Made by a program: the position numbers and the translations under genes. 64,000 bases of DNA, taken from assembly GCA_045600105.1 (NCBI GenBank), contig JAZRXG010000049.1, positions 304 through 64,303 on the forward strand. Reading direction: 5' to 3'. Under the pieces are notes generated by a model. It was not told the DNA's origin, did no database searches, and saw only the letters and a program-made list of their open reading frames with translations. Positions 37,201 to 44,781 of the stretch are shown piece by piece. The stretch is from Eubacteriales bacterium (GTDB lineage Bacteria > Bacillota > Clostridia > Oscillospirales > CAG-382). Each line of letters begins with the position of its first letter. Position 1 is the stretch's first letter.

Positions 37201-37648
37201 CCGATTCGTCGTTGATAACGATGTTGCCGGTCCAATATTCGAACTCGATGCAGTAGAACGCATCTTCGGGAACATTGACCTTGAACGATACCTTACCGTC
37301 GTCGCCCATAAGAAGGACTTTGCCGTCGGTACCGTACTTGCTGCCGTCATCAACAGCTACGGTCGCAGTCGTTTCGTCGGCGAAATACTTGGTAACGTCG
37401 ACGTCAAGGCTTGATTTCGCATTTCCGAAAACCTCGGCGTTTTCTTCAATGTAGTCGGCATAACTCTTTGAAGTCAGAACGCTTTTGATTTCCGAGAGCG
37501 AGGTTCTTACCAGCGAATCCGACCCGTTTACGCTTTCAACGAGTGCATTCGCCGAGATGTCGGCCACGGTGAGGCAGCTTGTCAGTACGAACAAGAATGC
37601 CAGACAGAAACCGAGCATCCGCTTGAGTGGATTTTTCAGTTTGCTCAT
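34259..37648 (-). CDS. giant lipoprotein: two CBM-like modules plus a helical region plus a family-1 extracellular solute-binding domain
   Basis: Start set to ATG 37648, with AGGAGG 6 nt upstream. Lipobox LTSC. Two beta-sandwich-like modules (DAFYCIEFEYWTGN.., DGFYNIVLRYKQS..). C-terminal SBP-like region (GPDIAMNID, TWDQFKEVISALQ). 1129 aa. Confidence 0.85.
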   Translation of the reverse strand: MSKLKNPLKRMLGFCLAFLFVLTSCLTVADISANALVESVNGSDSLVRTSLSEIKSVLTSKSYADYIEENAEVFGNAKSSLDVDVTKYFADETTATVAVDDGSKYGTDGKVLLMGDDGKVSFKVNVPEDAFYCIEFEYWTGNIVINDESGEAVIEGKSTDIERIILIDGAVPYKEARSISLTRSWTDVYNVVDKDNGYKAVYEKGADGKERKVTFDTSDSRFTDAARDQSANVRIFQRDNAGNEMKPNKELRDNWYTKYLCDSAGYYPDPLRFALTKGEHVITFSTIREPVAVKSIRLCPSAALPTYAEYLASHAGANDYSGNAIKVQGEYPTLTSDKTIYQLNDRTSAISEPQDAALQRLNSIGGDKWTYVGQWIEYEIDVPEDGFYNIVLRYKQSIMEGMYVSRKIYINGEVPFAEAANCRFNYDDSWQTGGMYDGKAELDTKRKDFKFYLEKGVNTVRFEVVLGDMSEILSSVENTLTNCNAYYRKILMLTGPDPDEYRDYQFEKIMPDVLKGLKKSAQELKDVSARLTEVTGVRGSNNGTLERVATTIEEMGTHPNKIAALLSQMKDYLAALGSWLTDTQSQPLEIDYILVQPVDAKIPKAEAGFWKKVVNEVKKFFVSFVADYNSISSTSNLTEEELKAIEKAGIEVWTASSRDQAQIIKKLVDDDFMEKYNVPVNVKLVIGSTLLPATLAGTGPDIAMNIDQSTPVNYAIRSAVYALNTDDPKRGYNFNDFSKFENNPAYKQAIESGYVDTFDETFKRFAPAAITPITLYGETYAIPVTMSFPMLFYRKDIFVEMGLNVPNTWDQFKEVISALQANNLNIGFPTGTGGSMILMYQIGEPLYDMGNYDYYLENYPELFGYDEATGEYTKNVYTVVDDEGNEVIRPKTDGMTINLDSNESLSAFKKVCQYFTMYDFPVSYTFADRFRDGTMPLAVADYSGTYNTLIVFAPEIAGLWEFTPLPGTVLEDGKTIDNTTVASVSTMILMRSVTDENAFTAWIFMQWFTNAEVQAAFGNEMEALLGPSAKQATANIEALTTMSWSKDEMDNLMAQFNAVECTPEFPGSYIIGRYTNFAFLDVYNDNADPVTEMLSYIVDINNELTRKRKEFGLPTQEDIRAADSAKENN

Positions 37649-37732
37649 AGTGATCCTCCTGCGTGAGATTTGGCAGTAAAACGGCGCATTTTCCGTCACG
37701 GATATGCAATACACCGAATTTAATTACGCTAA

Positions 37733-37761
37733 ATTATACCCTGCGTCAGTCATTTTGTCAA
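37733..37761 (-). promoter_or_regulatory. consensus sigma-A promoter of the 7-gene ABC/NHL-Yip1 operon
   Basis: On the minus strand, TTGACA (37756-37761), a 17 nt spacer, then TATAAT (37733-37738), giving a leader of about 75 nt. Confidence 0.7.
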
Positions 37762-38051
37762 GTGTGCATATAATATATGAGGCTTTTTTAGGCACTTTAA
37801 CTTGATTCGGTCCCGTTTCGGCGGTCTCTTCCCTTTTCGGGCAAAAAAGACGGTATGTGCAATTTGACATTGTCAAAATCGCCACACTTTTGCGTCTGTA
37901 TTTTCCAACCCGAAAAATGCCGTACGGCTCCCCGTATTTTCCGCCCCGAAAAGTCCTTGAAATATGGGAACGCAAACGTATTATTATATAAATATCATAT
38001 CCGAATTTGACGGTGCGGGCCGCGGTTGATAAATTTCGTTAAATTTTAATT

Positions 38052-38105
38052 TTAGACAAAAATATACAACCCCGTTTCAGACGGAGTTGTATGTGAATTT
38101 TTTTA
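38052..38105. terminator. bidirectional intrinsic terminator downstream of the VanY-like gene
   Basis: ATACAACCCCGT-TTCAG-ACGGAGTTGTAT stem (one mismatch) flanked by A-run and T-run. Confidence 0.6.
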
Positions 38106-38211
38106 TTTGATTTTTTGTCCGAATCCGTCGATTTTCGTGGTAATGTTGCACAAAAATCGCGGAGATATTTCTACCTATCCAAAATTTCAACAAAACATTT
38201 GTTCACGGTGC

Positions 38212-38265
38212 TTTTTTGCACGTTTTTTGTCATTTTTGACACGTTTTGCCGTTTTGCGCGATTTT
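38212..38265. repeat. six helically phased T-tracts (predicted intrinsically curved DNA)
   Basis: T4-T6 runs begin at 38212, 38223, 38233, 38244, 38252 and 38262 (spacing 8-11 bp, mean about 10), immediately 3' of the stop at 38275. Confidence 0.7.
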
Positions 38266-38274
38266 GCGGTCTTA

Positions 38275-39300
38275 TCAGTCGTTGACGAGTCCTGCCATAA
38301 CGGTCACGATAAAGCCTTCGGAATTGTCGCCCGAGATGGTGTAATCGCAGTTTTCGGGTATCTTGATCTCGGTATCTCCGGACGTATTCGCCTTTACGTA
38401 ATAGATGTAATAGCGTTTTCCTTCGGAGTTTATCGAATAATAATTGTCGTAAGTAAAGCGTTTGCAGAAGTCGATGTATTCTTCAAGGCACTGGTTGTTG
38501 AGCTTCATAAGGAAGGCGTGCGGTCTGCCGACGTATCTGAAAAGCGAATCAGAACCGTCGTGAAGAGTAAGTGATTTTCTGCCGTTGGGGTATCTGAGGA
38601 TAAAGCCGTATTTGCTGCAGTTCTCGGCAAGCCAAGTGAATTTTCCGTCGCTCAGACTTCCCTCTTCAGCCGGGTAGACGGTGCACATGAACGAAAGACC
38701 GGTATTGAGGTCGCTGCCGCCCGCCATATCGGAATCTTTTCCCGACGAATAGCGTTCAGCCTGATCGGATTCGCTCCTGAAACCGTAGGTGACGGTGAGC
38801 GCGTTGCTTCCGGTATAGGAATTGAGCGCCGCCATCATCGAATTGAGGGACGGAAGAACATCGAAAGATATCTGCAGTTCGAGGTCGCGGAGCTTGAAGA
38901 CCTTGCTCGTGTACTCGGAATAATTGCTGAATTTCATCAGCTTGGGGGTATTTGCGAAATCGAATTTCCGGTCGTTGTTGACAACGATGAGGTCGCCCTT
39001 GTGGATATCGGAGTACGGGACCTTGACGGTATCGTACTTCAGCACGGGTTTTGGCGCGTCGCCGGAAGTTTCGGCGGGAAAAGATTCTTCGGACGTGTCG
39101 CCGAACGGTTCCGACGTATCGGAAGACGTTTCGGAGGACTTTTCCGCTTGTTCGGAAACGTCACTGCTGTCTTCCTCGACCGATTTTTCAAACATGAAAT
39201 TCGCGAGTAATACCGACAGTATTACGACGATGACGCCGAAGCAGGCGACTACCGCTATAAGGTTTATGAAGCTGTAACTGTTTTTTGCCTGTTTGCCCAT
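38275..39300 (-). CDS. VanY/LdcB-like (M15B) D,D-carboxypeptidase family protein, probably catalytically inactive
   Basis: Membrane anchor, acidic S/E/D-rich linker, then a VanY-like core (YGFRSESDQ, GFILRYP, FRYVG). Start set to ATG 39300, with AAAGGAA 8 nt upstream; the ORF-track start is 39318. Confidence 0.75.
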   Translation of the reverse strand: MGKQAKNSYSFINLIAVVACFGVIVVILSVLLANFMFEKSVEEDSSDVSEQAEKSSETSSDTSEPFGDTSEESFPAETSGDAPKPVLKYDTVKVPYSDIHKGDLIVVNNDRKFDFANTPKLMKFSNYSEYTSKVFKLRDLELQISFDVLPSLNSMMAALNSYTGSNALTVTYGFRSESDQAERYSSGKDSDMAGGSDLNTGLSFMCTVYPAEEGSLSDGKFTWLAENCSKYGFILRYPNGRKSLTLHDGSDSLFRYVGRPHAFLMKLNNQCLEEYIDFCKRFTYDNYYSINSEGKRYYIYYVKANTSGDTEIKIPENCDYTISGDNSEGFIVTVMAGLVND

Positions 39301-39384
39301 TGGTGACGTTCCTTTCATATATAATAATGATACGTGAATAAATCACCGCCGCGCCAAGCGCGGCGGTGATTACCGAAACCGGGA

Positions 39385-42300
39385 TCAGTTCTGTTCGGAA
39401 AGCTTCTTGAGTTTGAGATATTTCTCTTTCGCTTCGATCTCTGCTCTGTCGAAGAGGACTTTCGCTCTTTCGGGGAAGAAGAGGTTGAGGGAAGAATATC
39501 TGGACTCGGTGTTGATGAATTCCTTGTAATCGTTGGTCGGTTCCTTGGAATCAAGGGTGAACGGGTTCTTGCCTTCAGCGGTAAGACGAGGATCGTAACG
39601 GAAGGTGTGCCAGTAACCCGCGGCAACTGCTGCCTTGGTTTCGAGCATGGAGGTTCCGAGGCCCTTCTTGATACCGTGGTTGATACAAGGAGCGTAACCG
39701 ATGACGATGGAAGGTCCGTGATAGCTTTCGGCTTCGCTGATGGCCTTGACGCACTGGTTGTAATCGGCGCCCATAGCCACCTGTGCGACGTAAACATAGC
39801 CGTAGCTCATTGCGATACCCGCGAGGTCCTTCTTCTTGACGGCTTTGCCGGCTGCAGCGAACTGAGCAACGGAGCCGGTAGGAGTGGACTTGGAAGCCTG
39901 TCCGCCGGTGTTAGAGTAAACCTCGGTATCGAAGACGAATACGTTGACGTCTTCGCCGGAAGCGAGAACGTGGTCGAGACCGCCGAAGCCTATATCATAA
40001 GCCCAGCCGTCGCCGCCGAAGATCCACATGGACTTCTTGACGAAGAGATCCTTCATCGCGAGTGCCTGCTTGTAAGCGGCGTCACCGTTATCGGCGTTCT
40101 TGATAGCTTCTTCGAGAGCAGCGGAAGCGGCAACGGAAGCCTTTCCGTCGTCCTTGACTTCGAGCCAAGCCTTGGAAGCAGCTGCGAGAGCTTCGTTATC
40201 GGAAGCGGCAAAGCCTTCGACGAGCTCGATGAGTTTGGCACGGCGCTGTTTGACGGCGGTAGCCATACCGAGACCGTATTCGGCGTTGTCTTCAAAGAGG
40301 GAGTTAGCCCAAGCGGGTCCTTTGCCTTCCTTGTTGACCGTGTAAGGAGTGGAAGGAGCGGAGCCGCCCCAGATGGAAGAGCATCCGGTAGCGTTGGCGA
40401 TGAACATTCTGTCGCCGAAGAGCTGGGTTATGAGTTTTGCGTAAGGAGTTTCGCCGCAGCCTGCGCATGCGCCCGAGAACTCGAGCAGCGGCTGTTTGAA
40501 CTGCGAACCCTTGACGGAGTCGGGTTTGAATTTTGCAAGCACTTCGGGGTCATCGGCATATTTATAGCTGAGTTCGAAGTACTTCTGTTCTTCCTGCTGG
40601 CCTGCCGCGGGCTGCATGGAAAGAGCCTTTTCGCCCTTCTTGCCCGGGCAGATCTGTACGCAGCTGCCGCATCCGAGGCAGTCGAGTACGGAAACGGTAA
40701 CGCCGAACTTATATCCGGGCATAGCCGTCATGGGAAGAAGCTTCATTTCGGGATATTTTGCGGCGTCTTCGTCTTTCATCGCAACGGGACGGATGGTAGC
40801 GTGCGGGCAGACGAGAGAGCAGAAGTTGCACTGAATGCAGTTTTCGGGGTTCCAGACGGGAACGTCGACCGCGACACCGCGTTTTTCATAAGCGGCAGTG
40901 CCCTGAGGAGAAGTACCGTCGGCTCTGTCGAGGAAGGTGGAAACGGGAAGGTTGTCACCCTTCTGAGCGGTAACGGGTTTGAGGATGTTATCGACGAAGT
41001 TGACTACGTCGGCTCTGCCTTCGGTAGCTTTGACTTCGACTTTTTCGTCAACGGCGTCAGCCCAGGATGCGGGGATCTCGACCTTGACGGCTGCGTTTGC
41101 GCCTTCTTCGATTGCGGCGTAGTTCATGTCAACGACTGCCTGCCCCTTCTTGATGAAGGACTTGTAAGCAGCTTTCTTCATATATTCTATGGCGTCGTCA
41201 GCGGGGATGATGTTGGCGAGCTTGAAGAACGCGGACTGGAGAACGGTGTTGGTTCTGCCGCCGAGACCGAGCTTCTTGGCGATGGAGATGGCGTCAACGA
41301 TGTAGAAGTTGACTTTCTTCTTTGCGAGGTCGCGTTTTGCCTTTGCGGGGAGGACGGAATCGAGTTCGTCCGCGCTCCACTGGCAGTTGAGGAGGAACGT
41401 GCCGCCTTCCTTGATGTCGGCGGTGATGTCATACATGTGGATGTATGCGGGGTTGTGGCAGGCTACGAAGTTCGCATTTGAAACGAGGTAGGTGGAACGG
41501 ATGGGGGTGTCGCCGAATCTGAGGTGAGATACGGTGATGCCGCCGGACTTCTTGGAGTCGTATGCGAAATAAGCCTGAATATATTTATCGGTATGGTCGC
41601 CGATGATCTTGATGGAGTTCTTGTTCGCACCAACGGTACCGTCGGAGCCGAGACCCCAGAACTTGCAGGATACGGTGTCCGCGGGAGCGGTGTCGGGTTC
41701 CTCTTCGATGGGAAGAGAAAGGTTGGTGACGTCGTCGGTGATGGAAAGGGTGAAACCGTTGACGGGTTTCGCTGCGTCGAGGTTCTTGTATACGGAAACG
41801 ACTGCGCCGGGAGTGGTGTCCTTGGAGCCGAGGCCGTATCTGCCGCCTACGATGAGAGCCTTTTCGAAGATGGTGCCGCGGACCGCGGAAACAACGTCGA
41901 GGTAGAGAGGCTCGCCGAGAGCGCCCGGTTCCTTGGTGCGGTCAAGGACCGCGATCTTGGTAACGGTCTCGGGGATGGCGGAGATGAAATGCTTGACGGA
42001 GAAAGGTCTGTAAAGTCTGACTTTGAGAAGACCGACTTTTTCGCCTTTTGCCATAAGGTAGTCGATGGTTTCTTCGGCGGTGTCGCAGATGGAGCCCATG
42101 GCGACGATGAGCTTGTCGGCCTTGGGATCGCCGTAGTAGTTGAAGAGCTTGTAATCGGTGCCGATCTTTTCGTTGATCTTTGCCATGTAATCTTCAACGA
42201 TGGCGGGAACCGCATTATAATAACTATTGGAAGCTTCTCTTGCCTGGAAGAAGATGTCGGGGTTCTGAGCGGTGCCGCGGAGAACGGGATGATCGGGGTT

Positions 42301-42927
42301 GAGGGATCTTTCGCGGAAAGCCTTTACGGCGTCCATATCGACGAGATCTCTGAGGTCCTCATAGTCCCAGGTCTCGACTTTCTGGATCTCGTGAGAGGTC
42401 CTGAAGCCGTCGAAGAAGTGCATGAAAGGAACTCTGCCTTTGATGGCGGAGAGATGTGCGACCGCGCCGAGGTCCATGACTTCCTGGACATTGGAGGAGC
42501 AGAGCATTGCGAAGCCGGTCTGACGGCACGCCATGACGTCGCTGTGATCGCCGAAAATGGAGAGGGCGTGGGAAGCGATGGCACGTGCGGTGACGTGGAT
42601 GACGCCGGGGAGAAGCTCGCCGGCGATCTTGTACATATTGGGGATCATGAGGAGAAGACCCTGGGAAGCAGTATAGGTGGTGGTGAGGGCGCCTGCGGAA
42701 AGCGAGCCGTGAACGGTGCCGGAAGCGCCGCCTTCGGACTGCATTTCAACTACCTTGACGGTCTGACCGAAAAGGTTCTTACGTCCTTCTGCCGCCCATT
42801 TGTCGGTATACTCCGCCATCGGGGACGACGGCGTTATGGGGTAAATACCGGCAACTTCGGTGAAAGCATAGGATACATGAGCGGCAGCGTTGTTGCCGTC
42901 CATGGAAATCTTTTTTCTTGTTACCAT
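39385..42927 (-). CDS. nifJ: pyruvate:ferredoxin (flavodoxin) oxidoreductase
   Basis: 1180 aa single-chain PFOR. Ferredoxin-like CIQCNFCSLVCPHA and CLGCGSCVQICP; TPP motif GGDGWAYDIG. Confidence 0.97.
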   Translation of the reverse strand: MVTRKKISMDGNNAAAHVSYAFTEVAGIYPITPSSPMAEYTDKWAAEGRKNLFGQTVKVVEMQSEGGASGTVHGSLSAGALTTTYTASQGLLLMIPNMYKIAGELLPGVIHVTARAIASHALSIFGDHSDVMACRQTGFAMLCSSNVQEVMDLGAVAHLSAIKGRVPFMHFFDGFRTSHEIQKVETWDYEDLRDLVDMDAVKAFRERSLNPDHPVLRGTAQNPDIFFQAREASNSYYNAVPAIVEDYMAKINEKIGTDYKLFNYYGDPKADKLIVAMGSICDTAEETIDYLMAKGEKVGLLKVRLYRPFSVKHFISAIPETVTKIAVLDRTKEPGALGEPLYLDVVSAVRGTIFEKALIVGGRYGLGSKDTTPGAVVSVYKNLDAAKPVNGFTLSITDDVTNLSLPIEEEPDTAPADTVSCKFWGLGSDGTVGANKNSIKIIGDHTDKYIQAYFAYDSKKSGGITVSHLRFGDTPIRSTYLVSNANFVACHNPAYIHMYDITADIKEGGTFLLNCQWSADELDSVLPAKAKRDLAKKKVNFYIVDAISIAKKLGLGGRTNTVLQSAFFKLANIIPADDAIEYMKKAAYKSFIKKGQAVVDMNYAAIEEGANAAVKVEIPASWADAVDEKVEVKATEGRADVVNFVDNILKPVTAQKGDNLPVSTFLDRADGTSPQGTAAYEKRGVAVDVPVWNPENCIQCNFCSLVCPHATIRPVAMKDEDAAKYPEMKLLPMTAMPGYKFGVTVSVLDCLGCGSCVQICPGKKGEKALSMQPAAGQQEEQKYFELSYKYADDPEVLAKFKPDSVKGSQFKQPLLEFSGACAGCGETPYAKLITQLFGDRMFIANATGCSSIWGGSAPSTPYTVNKEGKGPAWANSLFEDNAEYGLGMATAVKQRRAKLIELVEGFAASDNEALAAASKAWLEVKDDGKASVAASAALEEAIKNADNGDAAYKQALAMKDLFVKKSMWIFGGDGWAYDIGFGGLDHVLASGEDVNVFVFDTEVYSNTGGQASKSTPTGSVAQFAAAGKAVKKKDLAGIAMSYGYVYVAQVAMGADYNQCVKAISEAESYHGPSIVIGYAPCINHGIKKGLGTSMLETKAAVAAGYWHTFRYDPRLTAEGKNPFTLDSKEPTNDYKEFINTESRYSSLNLFFPERAKVLFDRAEIEAKEKYLKLKKLSEQN

Positions 42928-42961
42928 AAAAACAATACCTCCGTTTTTTTCATTGCCATTT

Positions 42962-42990
42962 ATTCTATCACAACTTTTTCAATATGTAAA
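42962..42990 (-). promoter_or_regulatory. putative promoter of the PFOR gene
   Basis: On the minus strand, TTTACA (42985-42990), a 17 nt spacer, then TGaTAGAAT extended -10 (42962-42967). Confidence 0.55.
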
Positions 42991-43093
42991 TATGCTTTTA
43001 CAAATTTTTCCCGATATTTTTATTTTATTTGCGTTTTCCGCGGCGCGGCGCACTCTTTTTTTGTCACAATGACATTTTTTGTTTCAAAAAGAC

Positions 43094-43122
43094 TTGAAAA
43101 ATGGATATTCTTGTGGTATTAT
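43094..43122 (+). promoter_or_regulatory. putative promoter of yifB/comM
   Basis: TTGAAA (43094-43099), a 17 nt spacer, then TGgTATTAT extended -10 (43117-43122). Confidence 0.5.
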
Positions 43123-43191
43123 CATTGTGTATCGTTATAAATTGCATTAATTTGCGTTTGAAAAAGCGTATTTTCCGTACCGGAGGAAGCC

Positions 43192-44721
43192 ATGGTAAGA
43201 GTGATAACCACGTTTGCCCTTAACGGAATAGACGGCATCCCCGTGTTCGTCGAGGCGACCTCGTTCAAATCGAGCGACCCGAAAATCACGCTTATCGGTC
43301 TTCCCGACACCGCCGTCAAAGAATCGCTCGAACGCGTCCACGGCGCCGCCGTCGCATCGGGCATCAAGCTCAGGACGGGGCACGTCACGGTCAACCTCGC
43401 TCCCGCCGACGTGAGAAAAGAGGGCTCGTCGTTCGACCTGCCCATCCTCCTTTCGATGCTGGACGAGTCGATATCCGAACGTTTCGACACGGCGGGAAAA
43501 GCGTTTGCCGGTGAGCTTTCGCTGACGGGTGAACTGCGCCCCATAAACGGAGCGCTTTCGATGGCGATAGCCGCCCGTGACAGCGGGATAAAAGAAATAT
43601 ATCTTCCCGACGCCAACGCCGCCGAGGCGTCCGCCGCGGAAGGGATAGACGTATTCCCCGTTTCAAGCGTGAATCAGCTCTGCCGTCATCTGACCGGTGA
43701 CGAGAAAATCGCAAAGACCGTCTTCTCGGAAGAGGCGTTCACGCGCGAAGCGTTCCTGTCGGCGCTCGATTACCGCGACGTGAAGGGTCAGGACACGGCG
43801 AAAAAAGCGATCGAGCTCGCCGCTGCCGGTAGCCACAACCTGCTTATGATCGGGCCTCCGGGCTCGGGCAAAAGCATGCTCGCCTCCCGCATACCGTCGA
43901 TACTTCCGCCGATAACGCTCAAGGAAGCGATCGAAACCACGAGGATACACTCGATAGCCGGCGCTCTCGGAAACGGAGTGTCGCTCATCTCCTCCCGTCC
44001 CTTCCGTTCGCCGCATCACACGATGTCGACCGCGGGGCTTGCCGGAGGCGGAAAGAATCCGAAGCCGGGCGAGATCTCGCTCGCTCATCACGGAGTGCTT
44101 TTCCTTGACGAATTCCCCGAGTTCGACAAAAGCGCGATGGAGGTGCTGCGTCAGCCGCTCGAGGAACGCCTTATAAATATAACGAGAGTAAGCGGAACGG
44201 TGTCGTATCCGGCGTCGTTCATACTCGTCTGCGCCATGAACCCGTGCAAATGCGGCTGGTTCGGTCATCCCACCCACCCGTGCACCTGCTCGGAAATATC
44301 GCGCAAGGCCTATGTTTCGAAAATTTCGGGCCCGCTTCTCGACAGGATAGACATCCAGGTCGAGGTACCGTCGCTCGACTACGCCGGCGTTTCGATGACG
44401 AAGGAATCGGAGCCGAGCGAAGAAATAAGAAAAAGAGTCGTTGCCGCCCGTCTTTTCGCGGCGGAACGCTTCGGCGACCCCGCAATGGCGAACGGACTCA
44501 TGACGCCCTCGCAGATACGTAAATTCTGCGTCGTCGACGACGGCGGGAACGAGCTGCTCAAAAAAGCGTACACGACGATGTCGCTTTCGGCGCGAAGCTA
44601 CGACAGACTGCTCAAGGTAGCGCGCACGGCAGCCGATTTCGACAGATCGGACGACATAAAGAAGCGTCACATAGCGCTTGCGCTTCAGCTCCGCACGCTT
44701 GACAAAAAATACTTCGGTTGA
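43192..44721 (+). CDS. comM: YifB/ComM family Mg-chelatase-like AAA+ ATPase
   Basis: Lon-protease-like N-domain, Walker A GPPGSGKSMLA, Walker B LFLDEFPEF, C-terminal Mg-chelatase domain; 509 aa. Confidence 0.92.
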   Translation: MVRVITTFALNGIDGIPVFVEATSFKSSDPKITLIGLPDTAVKESLERVHGAAVASGIKLRTGHVTVNLAPADVRKEGSSFDLPILLSMLDESISERFDTAGKAFAGELSLTGELRPINGALSMAIAARDSGIKEIYLPDANAAEASAAEGIDVFPVSSVNQLCRHLTGDEKIAKTVFSEEAFTREAFLSALDYRDVKGQDTAKKAIELAAAGSHNLLMIGPPGSGKSMLASRIPSILPPITLKEAIETTRIHSIAGALGNGVSLISSRPFRSPHHTMSTAGLAGGGKNPKPGEISLAHHGVLFLDEFPEFDKSAMEVLRQPLEERLINITRVSGTVSYPASFILVCAMNPCKCGWFGHPTHPCTCSEISRKAYVSKISGPLLDRIDIQVEVPSLDYAGVSMTKESEPSEEIRKRVVAARLFAAERFGDPAMANGLMTPSQIRKFCVVDDGGNELLKKAYTTMSLSARSYDRLLKVARTAADFDRSDDIKKRHIALALQLRTLDKKYFG

Positions 44722-44781
44722 CGGTTATCCTTCACAACTTAACATAATCCGCCGGATTTTTCCCCTATTCCGGCTCACGGA

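Noticed and set aside
34235-37414. 1059 aa + strand ORF, the longest in the track on that strand
   Set aside because: It lies entirely antisense to the 1129 aa SBP-fusion gene. Its composition is dominated by G/V/R/D/E/F runs with no recognisable motifs, no RBS and no signal of function. It is a shadow ORF typical of GC-rich coding DNA.
37724-37975. 83 aa minus-strand ORF in the region upstream of the big operon
   Set aside because: It spans the promoter and the palindromic/octamer motifs, has no RBS, and its translation is basic and low-complexity. More likely this is regulatory DNA.
39607-43140. Two long + ORFs (39607-41481 and 41524-43140) opposite the PFOR gene
   Set aside because: PFOR on the minus strand has unmistakable ferredoxin and TPP motifs. 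The + ORFs have no motifs and are frame shadows.
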